In this document: positions 46,395-55,282 of the stretch, piece after piece
How the letters are laid out: each line of letters starts with the position of its first letter
How positions within the stretch are numbered: the first letter of the stretch is position 1
Origin: Thermoplasmata archaeon
Lineage (GTDB): Archaea; Thermoplasmatota; Thermoplasmata; Lutacidiplasmatales; UBA184
Assembly: GCA_021816865.1 (NCBI GenBank)
Contig: JAKAWX010000003.1
Location: 110,960-174,959 of the forward strand
Length of the DNA: 64,000 nucleotides
Direction of reading: 5' to 3'
The notes under the pieces: generated by a model
Seen by the model: the letters and a program-made list of their open reading frames with translations, nothing else
What the model was told of the DNA's origin: nothing
Database searches by the model: none
Translations under genes and position numbers: made by a program

Positions 46395-47414
46395 ATGTGT
46401 CCAGCAGCGATCTTGGGCGACCGAGCGTGCGGAAAGACGACCTTCCTGGGACTGCTGTACGCGGCCCAGGTAAAGTACGGAACGCGGGTCATCGACTCGT
46501 TCCGGTTTCACGCGCCGCTCGCATCGCTCCGGTTGATGAGCCAGGTCTACGAGGGAATGAAGGACGCCCGCTTCCCGGGCGCGACGCTCAAGGACGAGAT
46601 GACCGAGATCGGGTTCGTCTTCGGCTACAGGAAGCCGATCGCCGGCCGCCTGCCGGCGTCGCTCAAGGACAAGAACTGGGTGAATCCGTTCGCGAAGCTC
46701 TCGTTCGCGGCCTACGATGTCTCGGGCGAGGACGTCCAGGAGTTCATCGAAACGGGGGTCGCCGCGAGCCCGATCATCCAGCAGCTCCTGAAGAGCCACG
46801 TCGTCGTGATCCTGGTCGACTGCAGCAAGATGACGACCGAGATCGATTCCCCGATCTTCCGGCAGATGCTGAAGTACGACAGCGAGGTCGCGTCGCTGCT
46901 CGTCTCGCTGCAGACCTACAAGAAGCAGGAGTTCTCGCGGATGAAGACGCAGGGCTTGAGCGTCGGCAACCCCGTGATCTACCCCGCGATCGTGCTGTCG
47001 AAGTTCGACAGCGTCCGGGACGAGGTCCTCGTCAAGCTGGGCCTCCACCGCGGCGTGCCGAACGGCGACCAGAAGCGCAAGCGCAAGGAGTACGCGGAAG
47101 CCCTCCTGCGGGTCTTCATGCCGCAGACGCTCAGCCAGATCCGGGGCGGGAAGGTCGCCGGGGTCAACTTCGACCAAGCGGCGTACTTCTTCAGCTGGGT
47201 CCGGACCGAGACCGCGGAAGCCGGCATGCAGCCGGTCGGCGCGCCGCGGATCGTCCGCAAGGGGTTCTCGGCGGACGGCGGGGCGGAGCCGGACTTCTCC
47301 TACGACGACTACGTCGCGTTCATCGAGCACTTCCGAGATGTGGCGAACAAGGTCCCGGACGAGATCGTCGAGCAGACGACCCTCCAGACCCCTCCCACGG
47401 CCGCGACGGCCTAG
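46395..47414 (+). CDS. TRAFAC-like P-loop GTPase (double-GTPase system type), intact motifs
   Basis: G1 GDRACGKT, G2 PGAT, G3 YDVSGE, G4 SKFD; SD AAGGAG before ATG 46395. Confidence 0.85.
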   Translation: MCPAAILGDRACGKTTFLGLLYAAQVKYGTRVIDSFRFHAPLASLRLMSQVYEGMKDARFPGATLKDEMTEIGFVFGYRKPIAGRLPASLKDKNWVNPFAKLSFAAYDVSGEDVQEFIETGVAASPIIQQLLKSHVVVILVDCSKMTTEIDSPIFRQMLKYDSEVASLLVSLQTYKKQEFSRMKTQGLSVGNPVIYPAIVLSKFDSVRDEVLVKLGLHRGVPNGDQKRKRKEYAEALLRVFMPQTLSQIRGGKVAGVNFDQAAYFFSWVRTETAEAGMQPVGAPRIVRKGFSADGGAEPDFSYDDYVAFIEHFRDVANKVPDEIVEQTTLQTPPTAATA

Positions 47415-47463
47415 GCCGCGGGCCGCGGGCGGTCACGGACGACGCACTACGGAGGGAACCACG

Positions 47464-48276
47464 ATGGACGACGAGACGACGCTCGCGCTCGAGCACTGGA
47501 TCTACGGCGCGAGCCACGAGAAAGGGTACGGGGTCAAGGCGGAGTCGCACGGATTGAACGGGCCGCTCTACATGCGCTACCTCGAGAACCACCTGACCCC
47601 GGTGCGGGTCGAGAAGACGGCGAACGGGGGAACGCTCATCGACGCGCGGATGGTCCACCCCGCGCCGGCGAACGACGAGGTGCTCCTCTCGATCCTCGGG
47701 CGCGGGGTCGCGGACGAGTACAATCGACCGACGATCGCGAACCACACGGTCGTGATCCCGGCGAGCGCCCTGCGCGCGGGCCGGCTGACCCTCGCCGACG
47801 TCGAGGCCGCTGCGATCGACTACGACCGTCGGTACCCGAAGGCGGCGGGCCGGATCGACGCGATCCCGGTGCGCCTGAGGGGCCCCGAGGCGCCCCGCGA
47901 CCCCGCCGGCGTCGGGATCCGCCGCCTCATCACGAAGGCGGCGGTCGACACGCTCGCGAGCCGATTCCTGGGCGACCGGCAGGGCCGCATGCTCGTGCTC
48001 TGCCGCGGGTCCACGAACCAGTACCGCAACGAGCTCCTCTACTGTCTCGTCGAGCTCCTCCACGCCGGCGGAGAGATCCCGCTCTTCCCCGCGATCAGCG
48101 ATGCGCCGACGCTGAGCGCCATGAATCACTTCCGGCTCGCGATCTCCTCCCGCGGGGTCCGGGCCGACGGTTCGTGGACGCTCCTCGACGCGAGCATCGA
48201 CGAGCCCGCGCTGCCGCCCGTTCGGGGGAAGAACCCCCTCTACGGTAGGATCGCGGAGGCGTTCGCGGCCGCGTAA
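47464..48276 (+). CDS. GTPase-associated protein (GAP1-N/uDENN-like N-terminal domain)
   Basis: HWIYG....GY.VKAES.GL...DEYNRP..ANHTVVI pattern; lies between two GTPase paralogs; SD GGAGGG; start re-called at ATG 47464. Confidence 0.65.
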   Translation: MDDETTLALEHWIYGASHEKGYGVKAESHGLNGPLYMRYLENHLTPVRVEKTANGGTLIDARMVHPAPANDEVLLSILGRGVADEYNRPTIANHTVVIPASALRAGRLTLADVEAAAIDYDRRYPKAAGRIDAIPVRLRGPEAPRDPAGVGIRRLITKAAVDTLASRFLGDRQGRMLVLCRGSTNQYRNELLYCLVELLHAGGEIPLFPAISDAPTLSAMNHFRLAISSRGVRADGSWTLLDASIDEPALPPVRGKNPLYGRIAEAFAAA

Positions 48277-48340
48277 CGGCCCGACGGGAGATCGTTCGGA
48301 GAGCCGGGCCCGCATCGTCGTCGCGCACGGAGGGTCCGAC

Positions 48341-49279
48341 GTGGGGAGCGCGCTCGTGGTCGGCGACCCCGGCGCGGGGCTCACGACCTTCGTGGGACTC
48401 CTCTACACCGCCGAGCTTCGCTTGGGGACCCAGGTCGAGGACCGGTTCCGCTTCTCGGCCGAACGGGAGACGATCCGTCAGCTCGAGGGGATCTACGGGG
48501 AGCTCGTCGCCGGGCGCTTTCCCGAACGGGACGTGAACTGGGAGACGCACCCCGTGTCGTTCACGCTCGGCTTCCGGGGCGGACGCCTGAGGCGGGGGGG
48601 ACGGGGCGGAGGGGTGCGCGACGAGGGGTTCGATACCGTGCGGGTCCAGGTCGGTGGCATCTCGGCGCAGGAGATCTCGGAGCTCGCCGACCGGGACGCG
48701 ATCCTCGAGGATTCGACTCGGCGACTCCTGCGGAGCCCGGTGGTCCTGCCGCTGATCGACGCGTCGCGGCTGGAGGACGACCCGGAAGACGCGACGCGCC
48801 GGATCCGGGCGCGCTACGACCGGCTGCTCGCCACGACGCTCGAGGTCATCGGTCGCTTCCTCGCCGCCGAGCCCGACCGTCGGTCCCGCACGATGCACCC
48901 GTTGTTCGTGGTGACGAAGTTCGACCGGTGCCCTCCGGCCACCCGGTCCGCGCTGGAGGTCCCCGACGGCGATCCGGCCACGTGGTCGGCCGACGCCCGC
49001 GCCCGACTCGGCGATCGGATGCTCGCCCGTTTCTTCCCCCGGGCGGCCTCGTCGCTCGCCGCGCGGTCGACGGGGGGGAAGCTCCGCGTGGCCCGCCCGA
49101 AGTGGTACTTCAGCAGCCTCGAAGTGACCTCGGGTCCACAAGGCCCCCGGGTCGTACGACGGTCGCTCGCGCCGTTCGGAGGTTGGGAGCCGGTCTACCC
49201 GTTCGAGGAGTACCGCGCCTTGATCGAGGAGCTCGCGGAGCTCGCCCACCAGCTCCCGGGCCTCGACTTCGGGGAATAG
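48341..49279 (+). CDS. Pseudo-GTPase paralog of 46395..47414
   Basis: Aligns end to end with the first GTPase, but G1 is GDPGAGLT, G2 is PERD and G3 is GGISAQE; G4 TKFD is retained. Confidence 0.82.
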   Translation: MGSALVVGDPGAGLTTFVGLLYTAELRLGTQVEDRFRFSAERETIRQLEGIYGELVAGRFPERDVNWETHPVSFTLGFRGGRLRRGGRGGGVRDEGFDTVRVQVGGISAQEISELADRDAILEDSTRRLLRSPVVLPLIDASRLEDDPEDATRRIRARYDRLLATTLEVIGRFLAAEPDRRSRTMHPLFVVTKFDRCPPATRSALEVPDGDPATWSADARARLGDRMLARFFPRAASSLAARSTGGKLRVARPKWYFSSLEVTSGPQGPRVVRRSLAPFGGWEPVYPFEEYRALIEELAELAHQLPGLDFGE

Positions 49280-49372
49280 CCGCAGGAGATCGTCGCGAGG
49301 CCCCCCGAAGCGGGACGGAGCCCGCGTTCGGTCCCTCCGGCCGGCCCCTGGGGACGTCCGCGCCGGGGACGA

Positions 49373-50929
49373 TCAACGCGGGGGCTCGGCCCGGAAACTG
49401 AACCCCTGCCGGTGGTCCCCCTCTCGGACGACGATCCAGCCCGGGAGCTCCCAGCGCCCGTCCTCGGGGTGCCACTGTGGGTCCCCCTGAGCGAGCTCTC
49501 CCAGCTCCGCCTCGAGGTACTCGTGGTCCGTGGAGACTTCCGGCACGAGCGCGCCTTTTTGGAGAAGGGAGACGAGAAGCGGAAGGCCGGTGGGGCGACC
49601 CCGCCACTTCACCGACAGGAACGACTTCCGTACGCTGCCGTCGAGGAGGAGCAGGGTCCTTAGGGCGGCGTAGGCGGGCCGGCTTCGAGCGTCCTTCGGA
49701 GGGGAATCGAGGCGTCGCCGCTCCCGCCGGTGTTCTTCGAGGAGACCCCGCCAGGTCTCCGGCTCGACCTCTTCCGCACCCCAGATCGAGCTCGCGTCGA
49801 CCTCTTCGGGCGGGGGCTCCGACGGGGTCCCCCCTTCGGACGTCCGATCGTCGCCCGACCTTCGGGTCCGTCCCGACGCGGTGCGGGCGGCCCGACCGAT
49901 GACGAGGCTGTACGCGAGGGCCGCCCCCGTCGCCCCCGCGGCCGGAGGGCGCAGAACGACCTCGTCGCAGTCCGGATATCGGTTCGGGTGGAGCAACACG
50001 AACGGACCGGTCTCCGGCGCGCTGAACAGGAGAGCGAGCGAGTCGTTGATGGTGGGCACTTGACGCCGCACCGCGAGCTCGCTCAGGCGGACGAGCGGCA
50101 CGGACGGTTCGGCCGGACGCGGGCGGGCGGCCAGGTCGTCCAGGAGTGCCTGGGCGACCTCCGCCAGGATCTGCTGGTGCGCGGTGCGTCCGAGGGACGC
50201 CTCCGCGGCGCGATCGCGCGTGAGGCCGCGTTTGAGCTTCTGGCGCAAGGGGCCCGCGCGGGCCGCTTCCTCGCGCACGGCCCAGAGGCGAAAGTTGATC
50301 CAAGGCTGGAGGCGACCGCCGCCGACCCGTGAGTCCGCGAACAGTCCGGCCCAACGCTCGGCCATCTTCGAGCTCCACGCCGGATCGTTCGGACTGTCCC
50401 GGAACCAGCGGAGCACCTGCTCGCGCAGGATCGCCCCCGCGCTGAGGGGGTCGTCGACCTCGTTCTTGATCCGTACCATGAGCGCGGCCGTCCGCCGGAC
50501 GATCGCGGTCAGCGTCGTCGCGTCCGGTTCCGCGGCCTCGACCAGTCCCGTGAGCCGGAGGGTGTTGAGCAGTTCGAGATCGAAGCGCTCGGTCGGGTCG
50601 GTCTTCAGGAACTGCGCTACCACCGGGGAGGTGACCGAGCCGCCGATCTCCCGCGTCGCGTCGTTCCCGTACGCGATCGGTTTCGGGTCCGGCGAGCCGC
50701 CGGACCCTGCCTCGGCCGGGGGGTCCGGTCCCTTTCGGTCGATGACCACCTTGGGCACCGAGCCGTCGGGGCGATCGCCGCGCTCCCCGGCGTCGTCGCT
50801 CCCGAAAAGACCAAGGCGCACCAGTTCGCGTTGCCGATCGCTACGCTCGTGCGCGATGCGCGCCCGCTCGGCCGCCCTCCGCGCTTCGCGGTCCTTCCAG
50901 ATGCGGTCGGCGTCCGACTCTTCTGCCAT
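49373..50929 (-). CDS. Hypothetical protein (518 aa), soluble, mostly helical
   Basis: Long ORF with a charged N-terminal helix and globular segments; start re-called at ATG 50929. Confidence 0.72.
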   Translation of the reverse strand: MAEESDADRIWKDREARRAAERARIAHERSDRQRELVRLGLFGSDDAGERGDRPDGSVPKVVIDRKGPDPPAEAGSGGSPDPKPIAYGNDATREIGGSVTSPVVAQFLKTDPTERFDLELLNTLRLTGLVEAAEPDATTLTAIVRRTAALMVRIKNEVDDPLSAGAILREQVLRWFRDSPNDPAWSSKMAERWAGLFADSRVGGGRLQPWINFRLWAVREEAARAGPLRQKLKRGLTRDRAAEASLGRTAHQQILAEVAQALLDDLAARPRPAEPSVPLVRLSELAVRRQVPTINDSLALLFSAPETGPFVLLHPNRYPDCDEVVLRPPAAGATGAALAYSLVIGRAARTASGRTRRSGDDRTSEGGTPSEPPPEEVDASSIWGAEEVEPETWRGLLEEHRRERRRLDSPPKDARSRPAYAALRTLLLLDGSVRKSFLSVKWRGRPTGLPLLVSLLQKGALVPEVSTDHEYLEAELGELAQGDPQWHPEDGRWELPGWIVVREGDHRQGFSFRAEPPR

Positions 50930-51264
50930 CGACAGGGGCGAGGCCGTTCCCCATCGAGAAAAAGTGGAGCCTCGGAGCATTAACGGTTTCGGAACTGCGC
51001 GGGGGAGCCCGTGCCTCGGGCCGAGCCCCGGTCGCCGCGCTCGGGACGGCGACCGGGCGCCGGTGCCTTCGACCTAGGGAAGCAGCGACAGCGCACGCGG
51101 CCGCTCCGGCCCCCCCAGAACCCGAGTAGGACCATGACGTTCGGCGCACCCTTTTCTACCCTGGCGGCCGCTCCAATGCGCATTGGAGTGTCGTATAACC
51201 GTAGTGATTTTTGTAGTGGCATGCTTTCACACGGGGCGGGCGGCCAACCGCCCGGGAAAGCGAA

Positions 51265-53442
51265 ATGAGACTCAGAGGGAGAGGAGTTTTAGCGAGAGAC
51301 CTCGCCGTGGCCTTGGTGGCCCTGTCGATGCTCCTGCTCAGTGGGAGCACCCTAGCCGCCCCGGTCCAGGGGGCGGGGGCGGCAACGGCGACGGCGCCCG
51401 TGGCGTCGTTGGGACACGCGCCGACGTACGTAGGTCCGGCCAGCAAGTTCATGCTGGCCACGGGACCGATCCGGGTCACCCCGACCCTCGGTCTCTCGAT
51501 CGCGGGCGGGGCGGCGGCGGGGTCGAATGCTGCCCAGTATCCGTCGTTCAATCCGCGTCCCGCGCTCGACCACCCGGTCGCGGGATCGGTGGGCCTTGCG
51601 GCGACCGGGAACACCGCGACGCTGACCGTTCCGCCCGTCGTGAGTTGCCAACCGATGGGACCGGGGTGCGACGCCATCAGCACGTACAACGGTGGCGCGA
51701 AGACCAACGGCGCCGGGCTCAACTCGGTCGACAGTGCCGGAGTCTTCGGGGGCACGGTCGAGCCGCCCGACCAGGGGATGTGCGCGGGCAACGGCTACGT
51801 GATGGAGATCGTCAATCCGAACGCCCTGCGGGTCTTCCACTCGAACCTCGCAACGGCGTCGGCCGACATCTCGCTCGACAGCCTCATGGGGCTCACCCAG
51901 GCCGGGTTCAGCAGCGGCGGCGACGTCCAGTGCCTCTACGACCAAGGATACGGCGGACACTGGTTCGTCATCGAGATCGTCTCGACGAACTCCGAGGCTT
52001 CGGGCGGCACCTTCGCCGGCTGCTTCGCGGGCGTCGAGGAGGGCTGCCTTGAGGGGATCGCGGTCAGCGTGACCAACGACCCGACGGGGGCGTACAACGT
52101 CTACTTCCTGAACCCGAACATGGTCAACAGCGACCCGGGCACGGGATTCCTCCTGAACGACTACGCGAAGATCGCGACCACGCAGGACGCGTTCCTCCTC
52201 TTCTACGACGAGTTCATCCTGAACGGGAGCCTGATCCCTGCGTGCCCCGCGTACGGCTGCTTTGGCTTCAACGGGGCCCAGGAGTTCGCGATCAGCAAGA
52301 AGGCGATGGAGCTCGGCTTCGGGGTCACGAGCGGGTTCTTCAACGTAGCGTACGAGAACATGGGACTCGACCCGACGATCCAGCCTCCGGACGGGGCCTG
52401 TGCCTCCACGGGATACACGTGCTGGTACCAGGTCATCCCGGCCCAATCTCCGGACCCGTCGCAGTACGACAACGCGTGGGGCGGGAGCGGCTTCATGCTC
52501 GGCTCCCTCGACTTTGTGGGCGCGGGAGACAACCGGATCGCGGCGTTCTATTGGACGGGGCTTTCGAACCTCGCGACCGTCAGCTGCGCCACCTGCTCGG
52601 GGATCTCCTTCGGCGGGCAGTTGTTCACGGGCCTCGAGGCCTACATGGACGAGGGCGGTTCATGTCTCGCGAGCCTCGGCGGAAACTGCGGCCTGGCCCC
52701 CCAGAAGGCGGGGCCGGTGCCCCTCGGAGCCAACTGCGTAGCGTTCGGGCTCGCTAAGGCCGTCAAGAGCTGCCCCGAGAACGGGATCGCGACGAACGGG
52801 GACGGCTTCACCGAGGTGTCGTATGCGGAGGGCCAGATCTGGGGAGCCGTCGCGACGCTCGTCACCCAGAAGTTCGGCTCGGGAACGTGCGGCCATTACG
52901 CCAAGTGCGAAACGCACGTCGGAGCGGCGTACTGGGTGATCGGCACGGGAACCTTCGGGAAGACCGGCATGCTCGGCCTCACGAGCCAGGGCTACGTCAG
53001 CGCGGCGCACGAGGACCTCGCGTTCCCCACGATCGCCGGCGCCGACCACCTCTGGCAGGGCGCGATCATCTCGTTCACCCTCTCGGGGAACGGCGGCCCC
53101 ACGCACGCCAACAACGGGGGCTTCTTCCCCAGCAGCGCCTTCGGGCGGCTGACGGCGACCTCCGGCGGGCTCGTCGGGGGGACCATCCACATCACGGCGC
53201 TCGGCAAAGGTGCCCAGGACGGCTTTAGCGAGTACCTCGGCTACCCCGGAAACACGCGGCCGCGTTGGGGTGACTACGGAGCGGCGATCTTCGTTCCGGG
53301 AGCGAACGGCGGGTTCTTCTTCGCGTCGGAGTACATCCCGTCGCCGAACTGCAGCCCGTCGGCGTTCCTGAACGACCCCTCCTGCGGTGGGACACGGGCC
53401 CCGTACGCCAACTTCGGGACCTCCCTGAGCGTCGTGGGATAG
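51265..53442 (+). CDS. Secreted cysteine-rich protein (PPDQG...RWGDY type, probable beta-propeller)
   Basis: Signal peptide; EPPDQGMCAGNGYVMEIVN, NDYAK and RWGDY motifs; about 20 Cys in close pairs; no C-terminal anchor. Confidence 0.82.
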   Translation: MRLRGRGVLARDLAVALVALSMLLLSGSTLAAPVQGAGAATATAPVASLGHAPTYVGPASKFMLATGPIRVTPTLGLSIAGGAAAGSNAAQYPSFNPRPALDHPVAGSVGLAATGNTATLTVPPVVSCQPMGPGCDAISTYNGGAKTNGAGLNSVDSAGVFGGTVEPPDQGMCAGNGYVMEIVNPNALRVFHSNLATASADISLDSLMGLTQAGFSSGGDVQCLYDQGYGGHWFVIEIVSTNSEASGGTFAGCFAGVEEGCLEGIAVSVTNDPTGAYNVYFLNPNMVNSDPGTGFLLNDYAKIATTQDAFLLFYDEFILNGSLIPACPAYGCFGFNGAQEFAISKKAMELGFGVTSGFFNVAYENMGLDPTIQPPDGACASTGYTCWYQVIPAQSPDPSQYDNAWGGSGFMLGSLDFVGAGDNRIAAFYWTGLSNLATVSCATCSGISFGGQLFTGLEAYMDEGGSCLASLGGNCGLAPQKAGPVPLGANCVAFGLAKAVKSCPENGIATNGDGFTEVSYAEGQIWGAVATLVTQKFGSGTCGHYAKCETHVGAAYWVIGTGTFGKTGMLGLTSQGYVSAAHEDLAFPTIAGADHLWQGAIISFTLSGNGGPTHANNGGFFPSSAFGRLTATSGGLVGGTIHITALGKGAQDGFSEYLGYPGNTRPRWGDYGAAIFVPGANGGFFFASEYIPSPNCSPSAFLNDPSCGGTRAPYANFGTSLSVVG

Positions 53443-53463
53443 AGCCGGCCTCCCCGACGTCGG

Positions 53464-53500
53464 TCTTTAACCCTTTCCTCCCTTTTTCTCTCCCATCTTC
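53464..53500 (+). terminator. Pyrimidine/oligo-T tract, probable archaeal terminator
   Basis: tctttaaccctttcctccctttttctctccc about 20 nt after the stop at 53442. Confidence 0.55.
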
Positions 53501-53659
53501 GGCGCGGGCCGTCGCATCGCCCGGGGCGAGGGCCGGGCCGGTCGGACCCTCGAACGGTGGCCCGACGGAGTCAGAGACTCTGCGCCGGCGGCTCCCGCGC
53601 CGCGGCGAGCGGCCCGCCACGGGCGGCTCGTCCGAGCGGTCCGCAAGCCCGTCGAGCGG

Positions 53660-55138
53660 CTACGGCACGTTCTCGGACGATCCGGGTCCGGGGCTCTCCC
53701 CGATATTGAGAATCATCGTCTTGATCTCGGTGAACGACTCGATCGTCCACCGGCCGGCGACGCGTCCGAGGCCGCTACGGCCGAATCCGCCCCAGGGGTG
53801 GTTGTAGTCCCAGTAGAGTACCGGGTCGTTGACCACGACCTGTCCGGCCTTGAGGTCGCGGGCGAGACGGAACGCCCGCTGGAGGTTGGCGGTGTGCACC
53901 GCCATCGACAACCCGTACCGGGGCAGGTTGGCGACCTCGACCGCCTCGTCCAGCGTTCGGAAGGTGAGGAGCGGGGCGACGGGGCCGAACGTCTCGGAGT
54001 TCCCGAGCAGCATGTCGGTGGTCACGCCGTCGACCAAGGTCGCCGGATAGTACTGTCGCGTCGGCCGATCGATCGCACGGTGCCCCCCGACGACGACCGT
54101 CGCGCCTTGGCGCACGCCGTCGGCGACGTGGCGTTCGACCTTCTCGATCGTCGGCTCGTTGTTCATGGGACCGAGGTCGGTCGACTCCTCCCGGGGGTCG
54201 CCGAGCCGCCAGCGTCGCGCCTCCTCCGCGACCTTCGTCGCGAGCCGGTCGTGGACCCGCTCGTCGACCAGGATCCGGCCGTTCGCGCAACAGACCTGGC
54301 CGGCGTTGTTGAAGCAACCGAAAGCGATATCCCGCGCCGCCTTCGAGAGGTCCGCGTCGTCGAGGACGATGAGCGGTCCCGCTCCGCCGAGCTCGAGCCC
54401 GATCTTCTTGAGTCCGGCCCGGTGGGCGATCTCCTCGCCGGTCGACGTCTCGCCGGTGAAGCAGAGCCCGTCGACCGATCGGTTCTCGACCAGTTCCCGA
54501 CCGGCCGTGGATCCGGGGCCGGTGATGAGGTTCATCGCCCCCCTCGGCACCCCCGCCTTCTCGATCGCCTCCACGAAGTGGACCGCGCTGATCGGGGTCG
54601 TCGACGCGGGCTTGAACACGACCGCGTTCCCGCAGATCAACGCCTGGACCACGAACTCCGCGGGTATGAGCCACGGGTAGTTCCAGGGAGTGATGACGCC
54701 GACCACGCCGAGAGGCTCCCGGCGCAGAAGGTACGTCGTTTCCGGCTTCGAGTAGCCCTCGAGCGTCGGGGTCTCGATCCGCTTCAGGTCCTCGGCGCTC
54801 CACAGGAGGTTCGGGATCGTCTCCGCGACCTCCGTCCGGGCCTCGCGGATCGGCTTTCCCTGCTCGAGGGTCAGGTCAAGGGCCCAGGCGTCGAGGTGGG
54901 GTCGGATCGCCTCCGCGACCCGATACGCGATCTCCGCCCGCTCCTTGATCGACAGCCTCGCCACGGTCCGCTGGGCGGCCCGCGCGGCGTCGACCGCCCT
55001 TCGAACGTCCTCGCGACCGGCCTCGGGAAGGGTCGCCAGTCGCTCGCCCGTGACCGGACTTCGCACGTCGAAGGTCGCCCCGCTCGTCGCGTGGCACCAC
55101 TCCCCGTCAATGTACATCCGGTAGCTCGCGAGCGGCAT
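53660..55138 (-). CDS. NAD(P)-dependent aldehyde dehydrogenase
   Basis: ITPWNYP, FTGET..G, LELGG (catalytic Glu), GQVCC (catalytic Cys) and ETFGP motifs. Confidence 0.95.
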   Translation of the reverse strand: MPLASYRMYIDGEWCHATSGATFDVRSPVTGERLATLPEAGREDVRRAVDAARAAQRTVARLSIKERAEIAYRVAEAIRPHLDAWALDLTLEQGKPIREARTEVAETIPNLLWSAEDLKRIETPTLEGYSKPETTYLLRREPLGVVGVITPWNYPWLIPAEFVVQALICGNAVVFKPASTTPISAVHFVEAIEKAGVPRGAMNLITGPGSTAGRELVENRSVDGLCFTGETSTGEEIAHRAGLKKIGLELGGAGPLIVLDDADLSKAARDIAFGCFNNAGQVCCANGRILVDERVHDRLATKVAEEARRWRLGDPREESTDLGPMNNEPTIEKVERHVADGVRQGATVVVGGHRAIDRPTRQYYPATLVDGVTTDMLLGNSETFGPVAPLLTFRTLDEAVEVANLPRYGLSMAVHTANLQRAFRLARDLKAGQVVVNDPVLYWDYNHPWGGFGRSGLGRVAGRWTIESFTEIKTMILNIGESPGPGSSENVP

Positions 55139-55282
55139 CGAACCGGCTCCCGGCCGGCGAACGGGTTCCCGAGTTAAACCCTACCGATAGGGACCGGAAC
55201 CTGCCGTAAGCCTGGCCCACGGAGCTCCGGAGCGGCGCCAGTTGACCAAAGACGGATAAGACGATGGGCCGATGGGCCGGCC

